Positions 48,348 through 57,477 of a stretch of DNA of 64,000 nt are shown one piece after another. The stretch comes from a virus, in the IMG/VR virus record IMGVR_UViG_3300023296_001674; one strand, written 5' to 3'. The translations under genes and the position numbers were made by a program. The notes under the pieces are model-generated. The model worked only from the letters and a program-made list of their open reading frames with translations, searched no databases and was not told the DNA's origin. How positions within the stretch are numbered: position 1 is the first letter of the stretch; each line of letters starts with the position of its first letter.

Positions 48348-48806
48348 ATGCCGAATTATTGCGAGAATGTTGTAACGATTAAACATCCAGACCCTTTGGT
48401 TATCGCTGGATTGGTTGAGGCATTTAATAACGGAAAATTCTTTCAATTCGTTGTGCCTATGGATAGTGATATTGACATGGATGCAAACTCCGAGAATGAT
48501 TCTTTGCCAAATTGGTATAATTGGCGGGTTGATAATTGGGGAACTAAGTGGGACATTGATCCCACCGATGGGAATGTTATGATTGAATCACCCATTGAAA
48601 TAAACCTTAGTTTTAATACCGCGTGGTCGCCACCCCTTGGTGTATATGCCAAATTGTCCGAGCAAGGGTTCACCGTTGATGCAAAGTATCATGAATATGG
48701 AATGATGTTCTATGGTACGTTTACCAACGACGAAGAAACATGCTCCAATTATGAATCGTTTGAAGAAATTCCTGCTGATATAATGGAAGATTTAGGGATT
48801 GCATAA
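48348..48806 (+). CDS. hypothetical protein
   Basis: ORF. Confidence 0.55.
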   Translation: MPNYCENVVTIKHPDPLVIAGLVEAFNNGKFFQFVVPMDSDIDMDANSENDSLPNWYNWRVDNWGTKWDIDPTDGNVMIESPIEINLSFNTAWSPPLGVYAKLSEQGFTVDAKYHEYGMMFYGTFTNDEETCSNYESFEEIPADIMEDLGIA

Positions 48807-48875
48807 TAACACTTGACACTGACATCAATTGTGCTAATATCTTGGTATAGTTAATCAATAGAAAGGAAATTCCAC

Positions 48876-49571
48876 ATGGGTTACACTCATTATTTCACAC
48901 AGAACCGCTCTATCACTGATTCAGAATGGGCGTTGTTATGTACAAACATTCGTGAAGTCATCAACGCGGTAAGTGATTCCATTCCGGTGCAATTCGAGTA
49001 TGATACCAATGAACCTGCGATGCTCGACGATCACATGATCCGGTTCAATGGCGTTGAAGATGACGGTCATGAAACATTTATTCTTGAGCGTGAAGGCGCT
49101 GGTTTTAGTTTTTGCAAAACCGCACGAAAACCATATGACACCGTTGTGACTGCATCATTGTTGATTGCACAAAAGGTTGCGCCGGGTGCATGGGATGTTA
49201 GTTCAGATGGCGACTCCGATGATTGGCATGGATTAGAATTGGCGACGCAAGTTATTGGTTTGAATTTTGCGGCGGAGTTTAAATCTGCACATCCGGGTGA
49301 AAATATTGATGACGATATTCCGTTACTTGGTGAAGCGCCATTCGTTGGTGGTAAAGTCATTTTCACATCAACGAGTGTATTTAATGATGCCAGCATTAAA
49401 ACCGAAGACGGTGGGATGGCTGTAATTCATGAAAGCAATGATGCATCCGTAACGGCTGAAGATGATTGTGTATTCGTTCGCCTACAGAGTTGGGATGACA
49501 CACGAGCACATCCAATGTTTAATTCTTTGTTTGGCAAGCGTATACGCATTACCGTAGAAGTGGAGGACTGA
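48876..49571 (+). CDS. hypothetical protein
   Basis: Promoter TTGACA-N16-TATCTT about 50 bp upstream; RBS GAAAGGAAA. Confidence 0.55.
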   Translation: MGYTHYFTQNRSITDSEWALLCTNIREVINAVSDSIPVQFEYDTNEPAMLDDHMIRFNGVEDDGHETFILEREGAGFSFCKTARKPYDTVVTASLLIAQKVAPGAWDVSSDGDSDDWHGLELATQVIGLNFAAEFKSAHPGENIDDDIPLLGEAPFVGGKVIFTSTSVFNDASIKTEDGGMAVIHESNDASVTAEDDCVFVRLQSWDDTRAHPMFNSLFGKRIRITVEVED

Positions 49572-49572
49572 T

Positions 49573-49986
49573 ATGGAACGCGTTAAAGTTGGTCAAGTGT
49601 ACATGGACAACGATAAACGTCTCCATGGTGCCAGAACGTTACAAGTAACACTGGTTTATTTGGTTGCGATGCCTGATTCCAAGAAAGGTAATTATGGTTG
49701 TGCGGCGGAATTCGCCGAGTGTGATGTGTATCTAAACGGCGAAGCAACCGGTAAGACTACAACAATTCACACAGCGCGGATGATGAAACCAACAAGCAAC
49801 GGTTATAAACTGTTGAACGTTCATGTATTGCCTAGACTTCAGCACGAACTTAAAGTTGCTGATCGATTGGCAAACACGGTATCGACGATGCTTGAACAAC
49901 CGACGGCGCAAATACAATACAGCATTCAGGATGTTAACAGAACACTGATTGAATATGGCAAAACCCGCGAATCAGTTTTTGCTTGA
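49573..49986 (+). CDS. hypothetical protein
   Basis: ORF. Confidence 0.5.
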   Translation: MERVKVGQVYMDNDKRLHGARTLQVTLVYLVAMPDSKKGNYGCAAEFAECDVYLNGEATGKTTTIHTARMMKPTSNGYKLLNVHVLPRLQHELKVADRLANTVSTMLEQPTAQIQYSIQDVNRTLIEYGKTRESVFA

Positions 49987-50041
49987 CAGATGCTGAAACT
50001 GTGTTATACTTATAACATACAATAATGAAAGGTTTTTGACG

Positions 50042-50281
50042 ATGGATTTATTTAGAATGATGATCACACCCGTGCATGCAGGTGCTGAAATCAAACGTAA
50101 CGAAGAGTTGGTTCTAAGCAAAGGCACGCCGGTTATCGCCGAAATCATTCATCAAGACAATGGTGTGTTCTGCATGCCAGTAGGTGGCAACGTAGGTTCG
50201 TGGATATGCGCATCTAAGTTGTTCCGACTAACAAGCCCCGAGGCACTGATTGCCAGTTGTAGTACGGGTGGGGATATCTAG
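50042..50281 (+). CDS. small hypothetical protein
   Basis: Promoter TTGACA-N17-TATACT at about 49984-50012. Confidence 0.45.
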   Translation: MDLFRMMITPVHAGAEIKRNEELVLSKGTPVIAEIIHQDNGVFCMPVGGNVGSWICASKLFRLTSPEALIASCSTGGDI

Positions 50282-50427
50282 AGCGATCATGATTTAACGC
50301 GTTTGTCACTATTACCAGCGATACGTATTTATACGTCACTCCTAACATAAACCAACAGTTTTTATCTAGTAAGTCTTAACGGATATCCCCCGTAATTTTT
50401 TATCAACCACAGAGGAGAATAAGACCC

Positions 50428-50520
50428 ATGGCAAAAGCAACTAAGACTTCAGCAGCACGACCCGTTCGTTCCCCGCGTATCTGTAAGCCAATCAAAAGCT
50501 CAACCACGCGACGCAAATAA
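50428..50520 (+). CDS. 30-aa highly basic peptide (MAKATKTSAARPVRSPRICKPIKSSTTRRK)
   Basis: Strong RBS AGAGGAGA 8 nt upstream; followed by a terminator. Confidence 0.45.
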   Translation: MAKATKTSAARPVRSPRICKPIKSSTTRRK

Positions 50521-50554
50521 CATGTTTGTTTTCTGATAATCACACGCATGTAAA

Positions 50555-50598
50555 GAAACCCCGTGCCGACCTTTGAAACCGGTTAACGGGGTTTTTTA
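50555..50598 (+). terminator. rho-independent terminator
   Basis: AACCCCGT...ACGGGGTT followed by TTTTT. Confidence 0.6.
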
Positions 50599-50602
50599 AT
50601 GC

Positions 50603-50631
50603 TTGACACTTATAGGGTGTTGTGGTATAGT
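50603..50631 (+). promoter_or_regulatory. promoter TTGACA-N17-TATAGT
   Basis: aatgcTTGACActtatagggtgttgtggTATAGT. Confidence 0.6.
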
Positions 50632-50637
50632 TATAAA

Positions 50638-50758
50638 GATTCACGAAAGTGAAGTTGTCGCACCCTTACCTGGATAGCCCCTTAAAAGGCGACACCTTAC
50701 TAGGCCGACAAGAAATAAAACCCGATATTGCTGCCCTGCATATCGGGTTTTATTTTGT
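50638..50758 (+). ncRNA. candidate small RNA (about 120 nt) bracketed by a promoter and an intrinsic terminator
   Basis: No RBS or ORF; internal GTCGC...GCGAC hairpin; terminator AAAACCCGATAT...ATATCGGGTTTT followed by ATTTT at 50717-50756. Confidence 0.45.
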
Positions 50759-50792
50759 CTGAATATATAACTAAACCAATTTAAAAAAAGAC

Positions 50793-50821
50793 TTGACGAC
50801 ATATAAAAATCTGTTATTATC
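50793..50821 (+). promoter_or_regulatory. promoter TTGACG-N16-TATTAT
   Basis: Upstream of 50858. Confidence 0.5.
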
Positions 50822-50857
50822 TGGTTATCAGAAAACAAACACATAAGGATTTATATC

Positions 50858-51658
50858 ATGGCTAAAGTTAAAGACCCAAACGGTTATGTAATTTATCGCG
50901 GCCCTTCAATGTTAGATGGTGCGCCTATTGTTATGGTGGCGACGGGGTTTGCAGATAAGAGTTTGAATAGCAAGACTGGTCATATGATACAGACTTGGAT
51001 TATTCGGGAAGACATCAATCCGCATGTAGCAACGAATTCAGGCGAGGATTCAAGTGTGTGTGGTGCATGCCCACACCGAGGCGACCTTAACCCTGACGTA
51101 GATTCGCCTACTGGTTTCAAGAACACTGGACGTTCATGTTACGTTAAAGTATGGCAAGCCCCGACTCATGTATGGCGTGCCTTTGAACGTGGTTCATATG
51201 ATGAAATTTCATTGTATGATATCCCTAATCTATTCAAGGACAAGGCTGTTCGGTTAGGTTCTTATGGCGACCCTGCGGCTGTTCCGTTTTGGCTAATCGA
51301 CGCGATTGGTCAATCTAGTGATTTCACAACAGGATATACCCACCAATGGCGTGATTGTGATCGTGATTATGGTAAGTGGCTTATGGCTAGTGCCGATAAT
51401 AACGCAGACCGGTTTTGGGCGCGTTCCTCTGGATTCAGAACGTTTCGTGTTCGCGGTGCTGACGACGCATTAGGCAAGAAAGAAATTGCGTGCCCTGCTA
51501 GTGAAGAGATGGGTAGAAAGACGAATTGCGCTGAGTGTAAAGCGTGCGGTGGACACAATGCCAAAGCAAACGTAGACATATCCATCATGACTCATGGTGC
51601 ATTAAAGAATAACTATTACAAGCGTGCCGACGCGTTTGAATACAGAAAGGCGGCATAA
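50858..51658 (+). CDS. hypothetical Cys-containing protein
   Basis: 266-aa ORF with RBS AAGGA. Confidence 0.6.
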   Translation: MAKVKDPNGYVIYRGPSMLDGAPIVMVATGFADKSLNSKTGHMIQTWIIREDINPHVATNSGEDSSVCGACPHRGDLNPDVDSPTGFKNTGRSCYVKVWQAPTHVWRAFERGSYDEISLYDIPNLFKDKAVRLGSYGDPAAVPFWLIDAIGQSSDFTTGYTHQWRDCDRDYGKWLMASADNNADRFWARSSGFRTFRVRGADDALGKKEIACPASEEMGRKTNCAECKACGGHNAKANVDISIMTHGALKNNYYKRADAFEYRKAA

Positions 51659-51659
51659 T

Positions 51660-51992
51660 ATGAAAAAACGTCCAATTGATATCAGGCGCGAAGGGCTTCA
51701 TACGCAAGACCCTGCTATAACCTTGAAACAATTATTCGATTCTACCGATGGTGGATTGTGGGATCATAAAGGTGTTACTGACGCATGGGTATCATATAAG
51801 GATTCCAAAGGTCAACTGTATGGTAGCCATAAGTGCGTCCATGAGGTATGTATCGAAGGACGTGAATACAAAGTATCGCAATCTGCATTACCTAATTGGG
51901 GAATTCATATTTTGTTTACGGATGAAGTATATAAACCAAAAATAAATTATGTGACGCAAATGCGTTCATTAAATTTATTCATTAACTGTTAA
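51660..51992 (+). CDS. hypothetical protein
   Basis: ATG at 51660 overlaps the upstream stop codon. Confidence 0.5.
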   Translation: MKKRPIDIRREGLHTQDPAITLKQLFDSTDGGLWDHKGVTDAWVSYKDSKGQLYGSHKCVHEVCIEGREYKVSQSALPNWGIHILFTDEVYKPKINYVTQMRSLNLFINC

Positions 51993-52005
51993 AAAGGAGA
52001 TTGAT

Positions 52006-52170
52006 ATGCAATTAGGCGATTCAGTTAAAGATTTAACCGGCGACTTCGAGTTGGGTGAAATTATTGATATATATACGAACCGTCACGGCGACCATCCGGT
52101 TATTATGTATACGGTCGATTTTGGCGATGATAATGTATTTGATCGATTGTTTCATGAAATAAGTGCTTGA
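52006..52170 (+). CDS. small acidic protein
   Basis: RBS AAAGGAGA; 54 aa. Confidence 0.45.
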   Translation: MQLGDSVKDLTGDFELGEIIDIYTNRHGDHPVIMYTVDFGDDNVFDRLFHEISA

Positions 52171-52194
52171 CTATTGGTTCAGTTATGTTAGATT
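52167..52194 (+). promoter_or_regulatory. promoter of the extended-consensus class AAGTGCTTGACTATTGGTTCAGTTATG
   Basis: TTGACT-N16-TAGATT. Confidence 0.55.
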
Positions 52195-52221
52195 AACTGT
52201 ATTGAAATGAAAGGAAACATT

Positions 52222-52404
52222 ATGGCTAAATCGATGTTTGAAGTTGAATGGATTTCGGAACAGGGTGGTGGACATACCATTTTGTCAGAAGAGGTTGCGG
52301 CGGAAGACGAAGGCGAGGCGATGGATGTTGCCTATGATGATTATTATTTCTTGAAATTAATATCTGTAAATCATTTATATGACATTGAAGGAGAAACGCC
52401 GTGA
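52222..52404 (+). CDS. small acidic protein
   Basis: Leader ATGAAAGGAAACATTATG. Confidence 0.5.
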   Translation: MAKSMFEVEWISEQGGGHTILSEEVAAEDEGEAMDVAYDDYYFLKLISVNHLYDIEGETP

Positions 52405-52568
52405 AAACCAAAAAGATATATGTTACGATTGCGGTAGAAGTTAAAGAAGACTTCAATATGCAGAAAGCGTATACTGAAATGACATACGCGTTGGATCATG
52501 ATGATATCGTCGGTACTGAAATCGTTGATGTTGAAACACAATTGAGTCGATATGGATGGGAGGACTGA
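52401..52568 (+). CDS. small protein (GTG start)
   Basis: RBS GAAGGAGA before GTG. Confidence 0.4.
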   Translation: MKTKKIYVTIAVEVKEDFNMQKAYTEMTYALDHDDIVGTEIVDVETQLSRYGWED

Positions 52569-52569
52569 T

Positions 52570-52980
52570 ATGCGCGGCACAAAACCATTAGCCCCTATGT
52601 CGAACTGGCACCGGTTGTTGACCATGTTGAGTTTGAATGGTGGATCATTATACCGAGCACAACTGTATACTGCCAAACCTAAGATCAAAAAATATGTTGA
52701 TCATGACGGCAATACCAAATATAAATCAATTCCAGCAAAAGACCTTCACACTTATATCGATACTGGCAAATTGCGCAAAGTGACTTGTGTATCATCATTT
52801 GCGCCATTGTCATATGCATATGAGCATCGGGCGGAAAGCATGGGATTGGTTCATATTAAAAAATTCAATAATCGCAAATGGATTACGTTGTTGCCAAAGG
52901 GACGTGCCGTGTTGGCGATGTTGGATGTTGGAAAGAAATGGGTTCCAGAAACGAAAATTGAAAGGGAGTTTATTCGATGA
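52570..52980 (+). CDS. hypothetical basic protein
   Basis: RBS GGGAGGA before ATG 52570. Confidence 0.55.
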   Translation: MRGTKPLAPMSNWHRLLTMLSLNGGSLYRAQLYTAKPKIKKYVDHDGNTKYKSIPAKDLHTYIDTGKLRKVTCVSSFAPLSYAYEHRAESMGLVHIKKFNNRKWITLLPKGRAVLAMLDVGKKWVPETKIEREFIR

Positions 52981-53231
52981 GTAATATCTTTACAGCGCCG
53001 TTAGGGCTTGTATACGAAATCGACGATCAGAACTATATCACTACTTCCGTGACTATGGACTTAAATGAGATCATCGATACCAACAACGAAGGGTTTCTTG
53101 ATGCATTATCTATCTATGCTACAGATACTGAATTGTTAATGGATATTGATTATAAACTTCTGCGCATTGACGAACATGGTGCACTAGTGTTTAGAGTCCA
53201 TGGCGATTTATCGGCGATCACAGATGACTGA
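52977..53231 (+). CDS. small acidic protein
   Basis: ATGA overlap. Confidence 0.5.
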   Translation: MSNIFTAPLGLVYEIDDQNYITTSVTMDLNEIIDTNNEGFLDALSIYATDTELLMDIDYKLLRIDEHGALVFRVHGDLSAITDD

Positions 53232-53424
53232 TAAACCAAAATCTAAACGGGGTCGAAAGAAAAAGGAACCGGAACCTCCTACCCCGACGAATTTGGTTCA
53301 TTGTACATTGATGGCATGCGGCATGGTTCATCTTGATCCAGCCAAGTGTCCCAAATGCGGCAATGATGATTCACAGCGCCCACTTAAGTTTGTAGGTGTT
53401 CCCATTTATATGACAATTGTTTAG
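53224..53424 (+). CDS. small basic zinc-ribbon protein (CPKCGND)
   Basis: ORF. Confidence 0.45.
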   Translation: MTDKPKSKRGRKKKEPEPPTPTNLVHCTLMACGMVHLDPAKCPKCGNDDSQRPLKFVGVPIYMTIV

Positions 53425-53433
53425 GAGTAGCAT

Positions 53434-53925
53434 ATGACTAAAATGATTTACACTGTAGTGCGCCGTCCCAAGGTTGGACGTCATGGGTTAACCACCATTG
53501 GGTGGGCGGAAGAATGTGGCAGAGAAGCGATTGTCACGGGTGGTTATTTACATACTCGACGCACGTTACCGGGGGAACAAACTTATTACACGGCAATCAT
53601 GACAAAAGCGAACTTTGATAGATGGCTCGGCGACAAATTTGAAACCCGTGCACAAGCCGCGTTCGCTATATGGCGTCTATATTATAAAAATGAGCGTGCG
53701 AAACGTGATCAAGATAAAGCGAATGAAGCGAATGGAAAACATGCACGTGCGGTCGGGCGGAAACATAAACGCGAACATCGTGCGACGCCTGAAGGACAAG
53801 AAGAACGCCGGTTGATGTTAAATCGTAAAGCAAAAGAAAAGCGTGATAACATGACGGATGAACAGCGCAAGGCGATCAATGATAAACTTAAGAAACGTCG
53901 TGCGCATAAGAAAGAATTCGGTTGA
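53434..53925 (+). CDS. basic Lys/Arg-rich protein (possibly nucleic-acid binding)
   Basis: 163 aa; RBS AGGAG. Confidence 0.55.
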   Translation: MTKMIYTVVRRPKVGRHGLTTIGWAEECGREAIVTGGYLHTRRTLPGEQTYYTAIMTKANFDRWLGDKFETRAQAAFAIWRLYYKNERAKRDQDKANEANGKHARAVGRKHKREHRATPEGQEERRLMLNRKAKEKRDNMTDEQRKAINDKLKKRRAHKKEFG

Positions 53926-53950
53926 CATTGTGGAAACACTTGTTATATTA
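53922..53950 (+). promoter_or_regulatory. dedicated promoter TTGACA-N17-ATATTA placing the transcription start at the tRNA 5' end
   Basis: ggTTGACAttgtggaaacacttgttATATTA; overlaps the upstream stop codon. Confidence 0.55.
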
Positions 53951-53958
53951 GTAACATC

Positions 53959-54032
53959 GGGGGCATAGCTCAGTGGTAGAGCAGTGGGTTCTAAACCCTT
54001 TGTCGGGAGTTCGACTCTCCCTGCCCTCGCCA
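53959..54032 (+). tRNA. tRNA with anticodon CUA (amber suppressor, tRNA-Sup); the backbone looks tRNA-Trp/Gln-like with G73 and an encoded CCA end
   Basis: Cloverleaf folded by hand: 7-bp acceptor stem, D arm GCTC/GAGC, anticodon loop TTCTAAA with U33 and A37, T arm GGGAG-TTCGACT-CTCCC, ends GCCA. Confidence 0.8.
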
Positions 54033-54052
54033 AATTTTGAAAGGATATAATC

Positions 54053-54529
54053 ATGTCGGCAATTACTGATTTTTACCAAGGGTTCGGAACTGATGATAAA
54101 GGACGCTCACTTGATGATTACTTATTGTTCTCAGATGAACAATTAGAATCGGTTCATGATTATATCCAGTGGATGTTTCCCAACACGGAAGTCAGCCGAT
54201 TTAATATCGATGCACCATTGCTTACAGATGCTGACATTGAATTGTTTATGAATGACATACCAATGATGAACAATGTAACGTTGGCGTGTGCACGCATGAC
54301 TAAATTTTATAAGTTTTCCAATATATATGTTGATGCAGAGAGACAATGGGTTACACAAGGCAATCATAATTTTTTACGACTTACTCGTATGTTGAAATTT
54401 CTTCGATCTATAAACAAAAATTATGAAGCAGAGTCGTTGTTTGTTATGCTTGCTAGAGTTTATTCAGATAATTCATTCGTGGTTGGCAAAGACACACTTC
54501 GGTATTGGTTGGACGCAGCAGAGAGTTAA
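54053..54529 (+). CDS. hypothetical protein
   Basis: RBS AAAGGA; 158 aa. Confidence 0.55.
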   Translation: MSAITDFYQGFGTDDKGRSLDDYLLFSDEQLESVHDYIQWMFPNTEVSRFNIDAPLLTDADIELFMNDIPMMNNVTLACARMTKFYKFSNIYVDAERQWVTQGNHNFLRLTRMLKFLRSINKNYEAESLFVMLARVYSDNSFVVGKDTLRYWLDAAES

Positions 54530-54536
54530 TGAAATG

Positions 54537-54707
54537 AAAAAATGGTTCAGATATAAACGATACACCAAATTTGAAAAAGGCAAACTAGTATTTGATGTTG
54601 GTTGGTCATTTTGGATTGGCAAGTTTCATATCCGTTATAACAAACAAAACAGTTATAGTGGATTGGGGTTTGAATGGTGGGGCGATGAACCTACATGGTT
54701 AGATTAA
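54537..54707 (+). CDS. small Trp-rich basic protein
   Basis: ORF. Confidence 0.4.
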   Translation, partial: KKWFRYKRYTKFEKGKLVFDVGWSFWIGKFHIRYNKQNSYSGLGFEWWGDEPTWLD

Positions 54708-54730
54708 AGCACCTTCGGGTGCTTTTTTTG
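54706..54730 (+). terminator. rho-independent terminator
   Basis: AAGCACC-TTCG-GGTGCTT followed by TTTTTT. Confidence 0.75.
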
Positions 54731-54763
54731 TCTTGACATATCGCTTGACACTGTTATTATACT

Positions 54764-54789
54764 GGTAGGGAGGGATGAGTTTTTTCTGG
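54764..54789 (+). repeat. 26-bp element GGTAGGGAGGGATGAGTTTTTTCTGG, left copy of an inverted pair
   Basis: Exact reverse complement of 59604-59629. Confidence 0.8.
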
Positions 54790-54813
54790 ATACATTATGA
54801 TAAAAATAAGTGC

Positions 54814-54841
54814 TTGACAATTGGTTCAGTTATGTTAGTAT
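54814..54841 (+). promoter_or_regulatory. extended-consensus promoter AAGTGCTTGACAATTGGTTCAGTTATGTTAGTAT
   Basis: TTGACA-N16-TAGTAT. Confidence 0.6.
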
Positions 54842-54866
54842 CATAATCAGAAAAGGGAGATGAAAA

Positions 54867-55031
54867 ATGATTGGATTCTTACTATACATTGTAGCATTAT
54901 TCATGTTATTGACTATACCATCTAATATATGGATTGTTCCATTATTGTTTGGTATGTTGTTTCATTGGAAAATGTGGTTGACTGGTATTGCTGCATTCTT
55001 TGTAGGAGCAGGGTTCAATAAAAACTTTTAA
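54867..55031 (+). CDS. small membrane protein (54 aa, two TM segments)
   Basis: RBS AAGGGAGA; hydrophobic. Confidence 0.5.
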   Translation: MIGFLLYIVALFMLLTIPSNIWIVPLLFGMLFHWKMWLTGIAAFFVGAGFNKNF

Positions 55032-55134
55032 CTGCATCAAAATAAATGCTTGACACGACGAAATAACCTGCTAATATCACTACATCAAACGACACTTACG
55101 GGCTTTTACTTAACACTAATAGGAGACTATCACC

Positions 55135-57321
55135 ATGCAAATCAAAACAGAAAATCGAGAAGTTGGGCGTTCCGGCACTTCAAACGAACGGACGTTTAAC
55201 ATCGATATGACTGCCAAGGCATTTAAGATTCTATCCGACGGATTGTATTCGGATAAAATTCTTGCTGTTGTTCGTGAACTTTCTTGTAATGCCAAGGATT
55301 CACATATCGACGCTGGCAAAAATGACGTGCCTTTCGAAATTCACCTACCGAATTCACTTGAGCCGTGGTTCGCGGTTACTGATTACGGACTTGGGTTATC
55401 ACCTGACGATGTATTGGAAATGTATTCCACTTATTTTGCTTCAACCAAAACGGGTTCAAACGATGTAACGGGGTGTCTTGGACTTGGTTCTAAATCGCCT
55501 TTTGCTTATACCGATTCGTTTTCAGTTGAAACACGTTGGAATGGCACACTTACTGTATTTTCATGTTTCTATAACGAGGCAGGTATCCCCTCAATCGTTA
55601 TTTTGGGTGACGAAGACGGAATGCCTACCGACGAAGTGAACGGCGTTACCGTTAAAATGGCTGTAAACGATGGTGACATGCGCGAATTCGCACAAAAGGC
55701 AATGAAGGCACTTGATCGCTTTGATCCTGCCCCTATCGTTACTGGTAACACTGATTATGAAATTGTTACTAAGACTTATACGGTTGAAGGCAAAGGCTGG
55801 AAGATGCTTGAACGTGAAAGTTCATATGGTGAAAGCAAAATCCATGCTATCCAAGGCAATGTAACATATCCAATTAGTTCACAATCATTAGGCGACTTGA
55901 CAAGCAATCAAGATGCAATTATGGGATTGACAGTTGATTTGTTCTTTGATATCGGCGAGTTGGACGTTGCGGCAAACCGCGAGGCGTTGGGTTATGATGA
56001 AGCAACGATTAAAAATATCAAGGCTAAACTTGATGCCGTATCGACTGAAATTGCCCCATTGTTTCAGGATAAATTTAAGGATTGTAAAACACTTTGGGAT
56101 GCGCGTTTGTTGTTCAAAGAAGTGATCAATCCTTTGACATCTGGCTTGCAACGGATTCTATCTGACAACAATGTTGGGTTGAAATGGAAAAAGCAATCAC
56201 TATCTGATTCGTTCAAATTGGATCGCGATGATTTTCCTAACGTTCAGATTGTATCATTCCAAAAGAATACACGCGGTGGACGTGGGCAAACTGCGGAATG
56301 GAGTTATAACGGTGATATTAAATTCCCCGCCAGTTCCGATATTCTGTTTTTCTATGACGATGTTGGCAATGGTTCGCATAGCCGAGTGACTCATTTTATG
56401 GAAACAAATGGTGACTCTGTTCGTTATCAGCATATGTTCAAAACCGACGATAAAAAAATGATGAAAAAGATTTCTAAGGCGTTGGGTAATGTTACTATTC
56501 AACCTGTAAGCAATCTTGAAAAACGCCCCAAGGCTGTTCGCCAAGCGCGACGAGTTACATCAAAGGTTTTGGAATATGTTGGACGCGCCCATGATCGCCG
56601 TGATAGTTGGAATCCTACTGATCTGGATTTAACGACTGGTGGTGTTTATGTTATGATTGATCGCTTTAAGGTATATGATTCCAATAATGGTTCAGGACGT
56701 GAACGTGAAGATTTTAACACCATTGTCGATTTGGCGAAAGAACATAAAATCGTTGACTTGACTAACAAGATCGTTTATGGAATTCGTAAAGGTGATGTTG
56801 ATAAATTGAAAGATGATTCTGGTTGGGTTAATCTTTTCGACCTGATCCGCGACAAACTTACGGTTGCGGTTAAAAAAGAAAAGGTGGCGCAAGTTATGGC
56901 TGACCGTTATGCCTATCACCAGTTTTCAAATGATTTATCATCGTTCGTTAATGATATGGATGATACTGATTTGGCAAAGGATTCAGTTATTGGAATATTC
57001 AAACGCGCACATGAATATCTTTCAAACCGTGATTCATCTAAGGCACAAGCGATTTCAAGTGTTGCGGATAGCGTAGGATTTACGTTAAAATCTGCCAAGC
57101 CAAAACACGATCTTGGGAAACTTTGGGACGCTGTTAAAAATAAGTATCCATTATTGAAACTTGTTTCTGACAGTGATTTGCGCGGCGGTTATTACAACAA
57201 TCGCGACAACTCTATCAGTGAAAATAACCATGCGGCATTGACTGATTATATCGCGATGGTTGACGCAAAAGACGCAGTGCCAGAAAAGCGTAAAATCCTT
57301 ACGTTGGCCTCGGCGGCATAA
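55135..57321 (+). CDS. rIIA: rIIA-like protein (N-terminal GHKL ATPase-like fold)
   Basis: KAFKILSDGLYSDKILAVVRELSCNAKDSH and GLGSKSPFAYTDSF match T4 rIIA; 728 aa. Confidence 0.85.
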   Translation: MQIKTENREVGRSGTSNERTFNIDMTAKAFKILSDGLYSDKILAVVRELSCNAKDSHIDAGKNDVPFEIHLPNSLEPWFAVTDYGLGLSPDDVLEMYSTYFASTKTGSNDVTGCLGLGSKSPFAYTDSFSVETRWNGTLTVFSCFYNEAGIPSIVILGDEDGMPTDEVNGVTVKMAVNDGDMREFAQKAMKALDRFDPAPIVTGNTDYEIVTKTYTVEGKGWKMLERESSYGESKIHAIQGNVTYPISSQSLGDLTSNQDAIMGLTVDLFFDIGELDVAANREALGYDEATIKNIKAKLDAVSTEIAPLFQDKFKDCKTLWDARLLFKEVINPLTSGLQRILSDNNVGLKWKKQSLSDSFKLDRDDFPNVQIVSFQKNTRGGRGQTAEWSYNGDIKFPASSDILFFYDDVGNGSHSRVTHFMETNGDSVRYQHMFKTDDKKMMKKISKALGNVTIQPVSNLEKRPKAVRQARRVTSKVLEYVGRAHDRRDSWNPTDLDLTTGGVYVMIDRFKVYDSNNGSGREREDFNTIVDLAKEHKIVDLTNKIVYGIRKGDVDKLKDDSGWVNLFDLIRDKLTVAVKKEKVAQVMADRYAYHQFSNDLSSFVNDMDDTDLAKDSVIGIFKRAHEYLSNRDSSKAQAISSVADSVGFTLKSAKPKHDLGKLWDAVKNKYPLLKLVSDSDLRGGYYNNRDNSISENNHAALTDYIAMVDAKDAVPEKRKILTLASAA

Positions 57322-57409
57322 GAAACTCCTACCTAGCCCGTAGGTGGCAGGGTTGAACGGTGATTGACTTCTTCTGTTTAATCCTGCCAAACTAATTTGA
57401 AATGAGTGC

Positions 57410-57438
57410 TTGACAATATAACAAATGGTGGTAATATT
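57410..57438 (+). promoter_or_regulatory. promoter TTGACA-N17-TAATAT
   Basis: gagtgcTTGACAatataacaaatggtggTAATAT. Confidence 0.55.
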
Positions 57439-57477
57439 CATTATCACATTCGGAAACCAACTAGGAGACTAAAACTT

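Noticed and set aside
50641-50844. Minus-strand 67-aa ORF
   Set aside because: It spans two plus-strand promoters and a terminator hairpin, and has no RBS.
53818-54054. Minus-strand ORF of 78 aa
   Set aside because: It overlaps the tRNA gene and its promoter. Its translation contains the tRNA's mirror-image sequence, so it is spurious.
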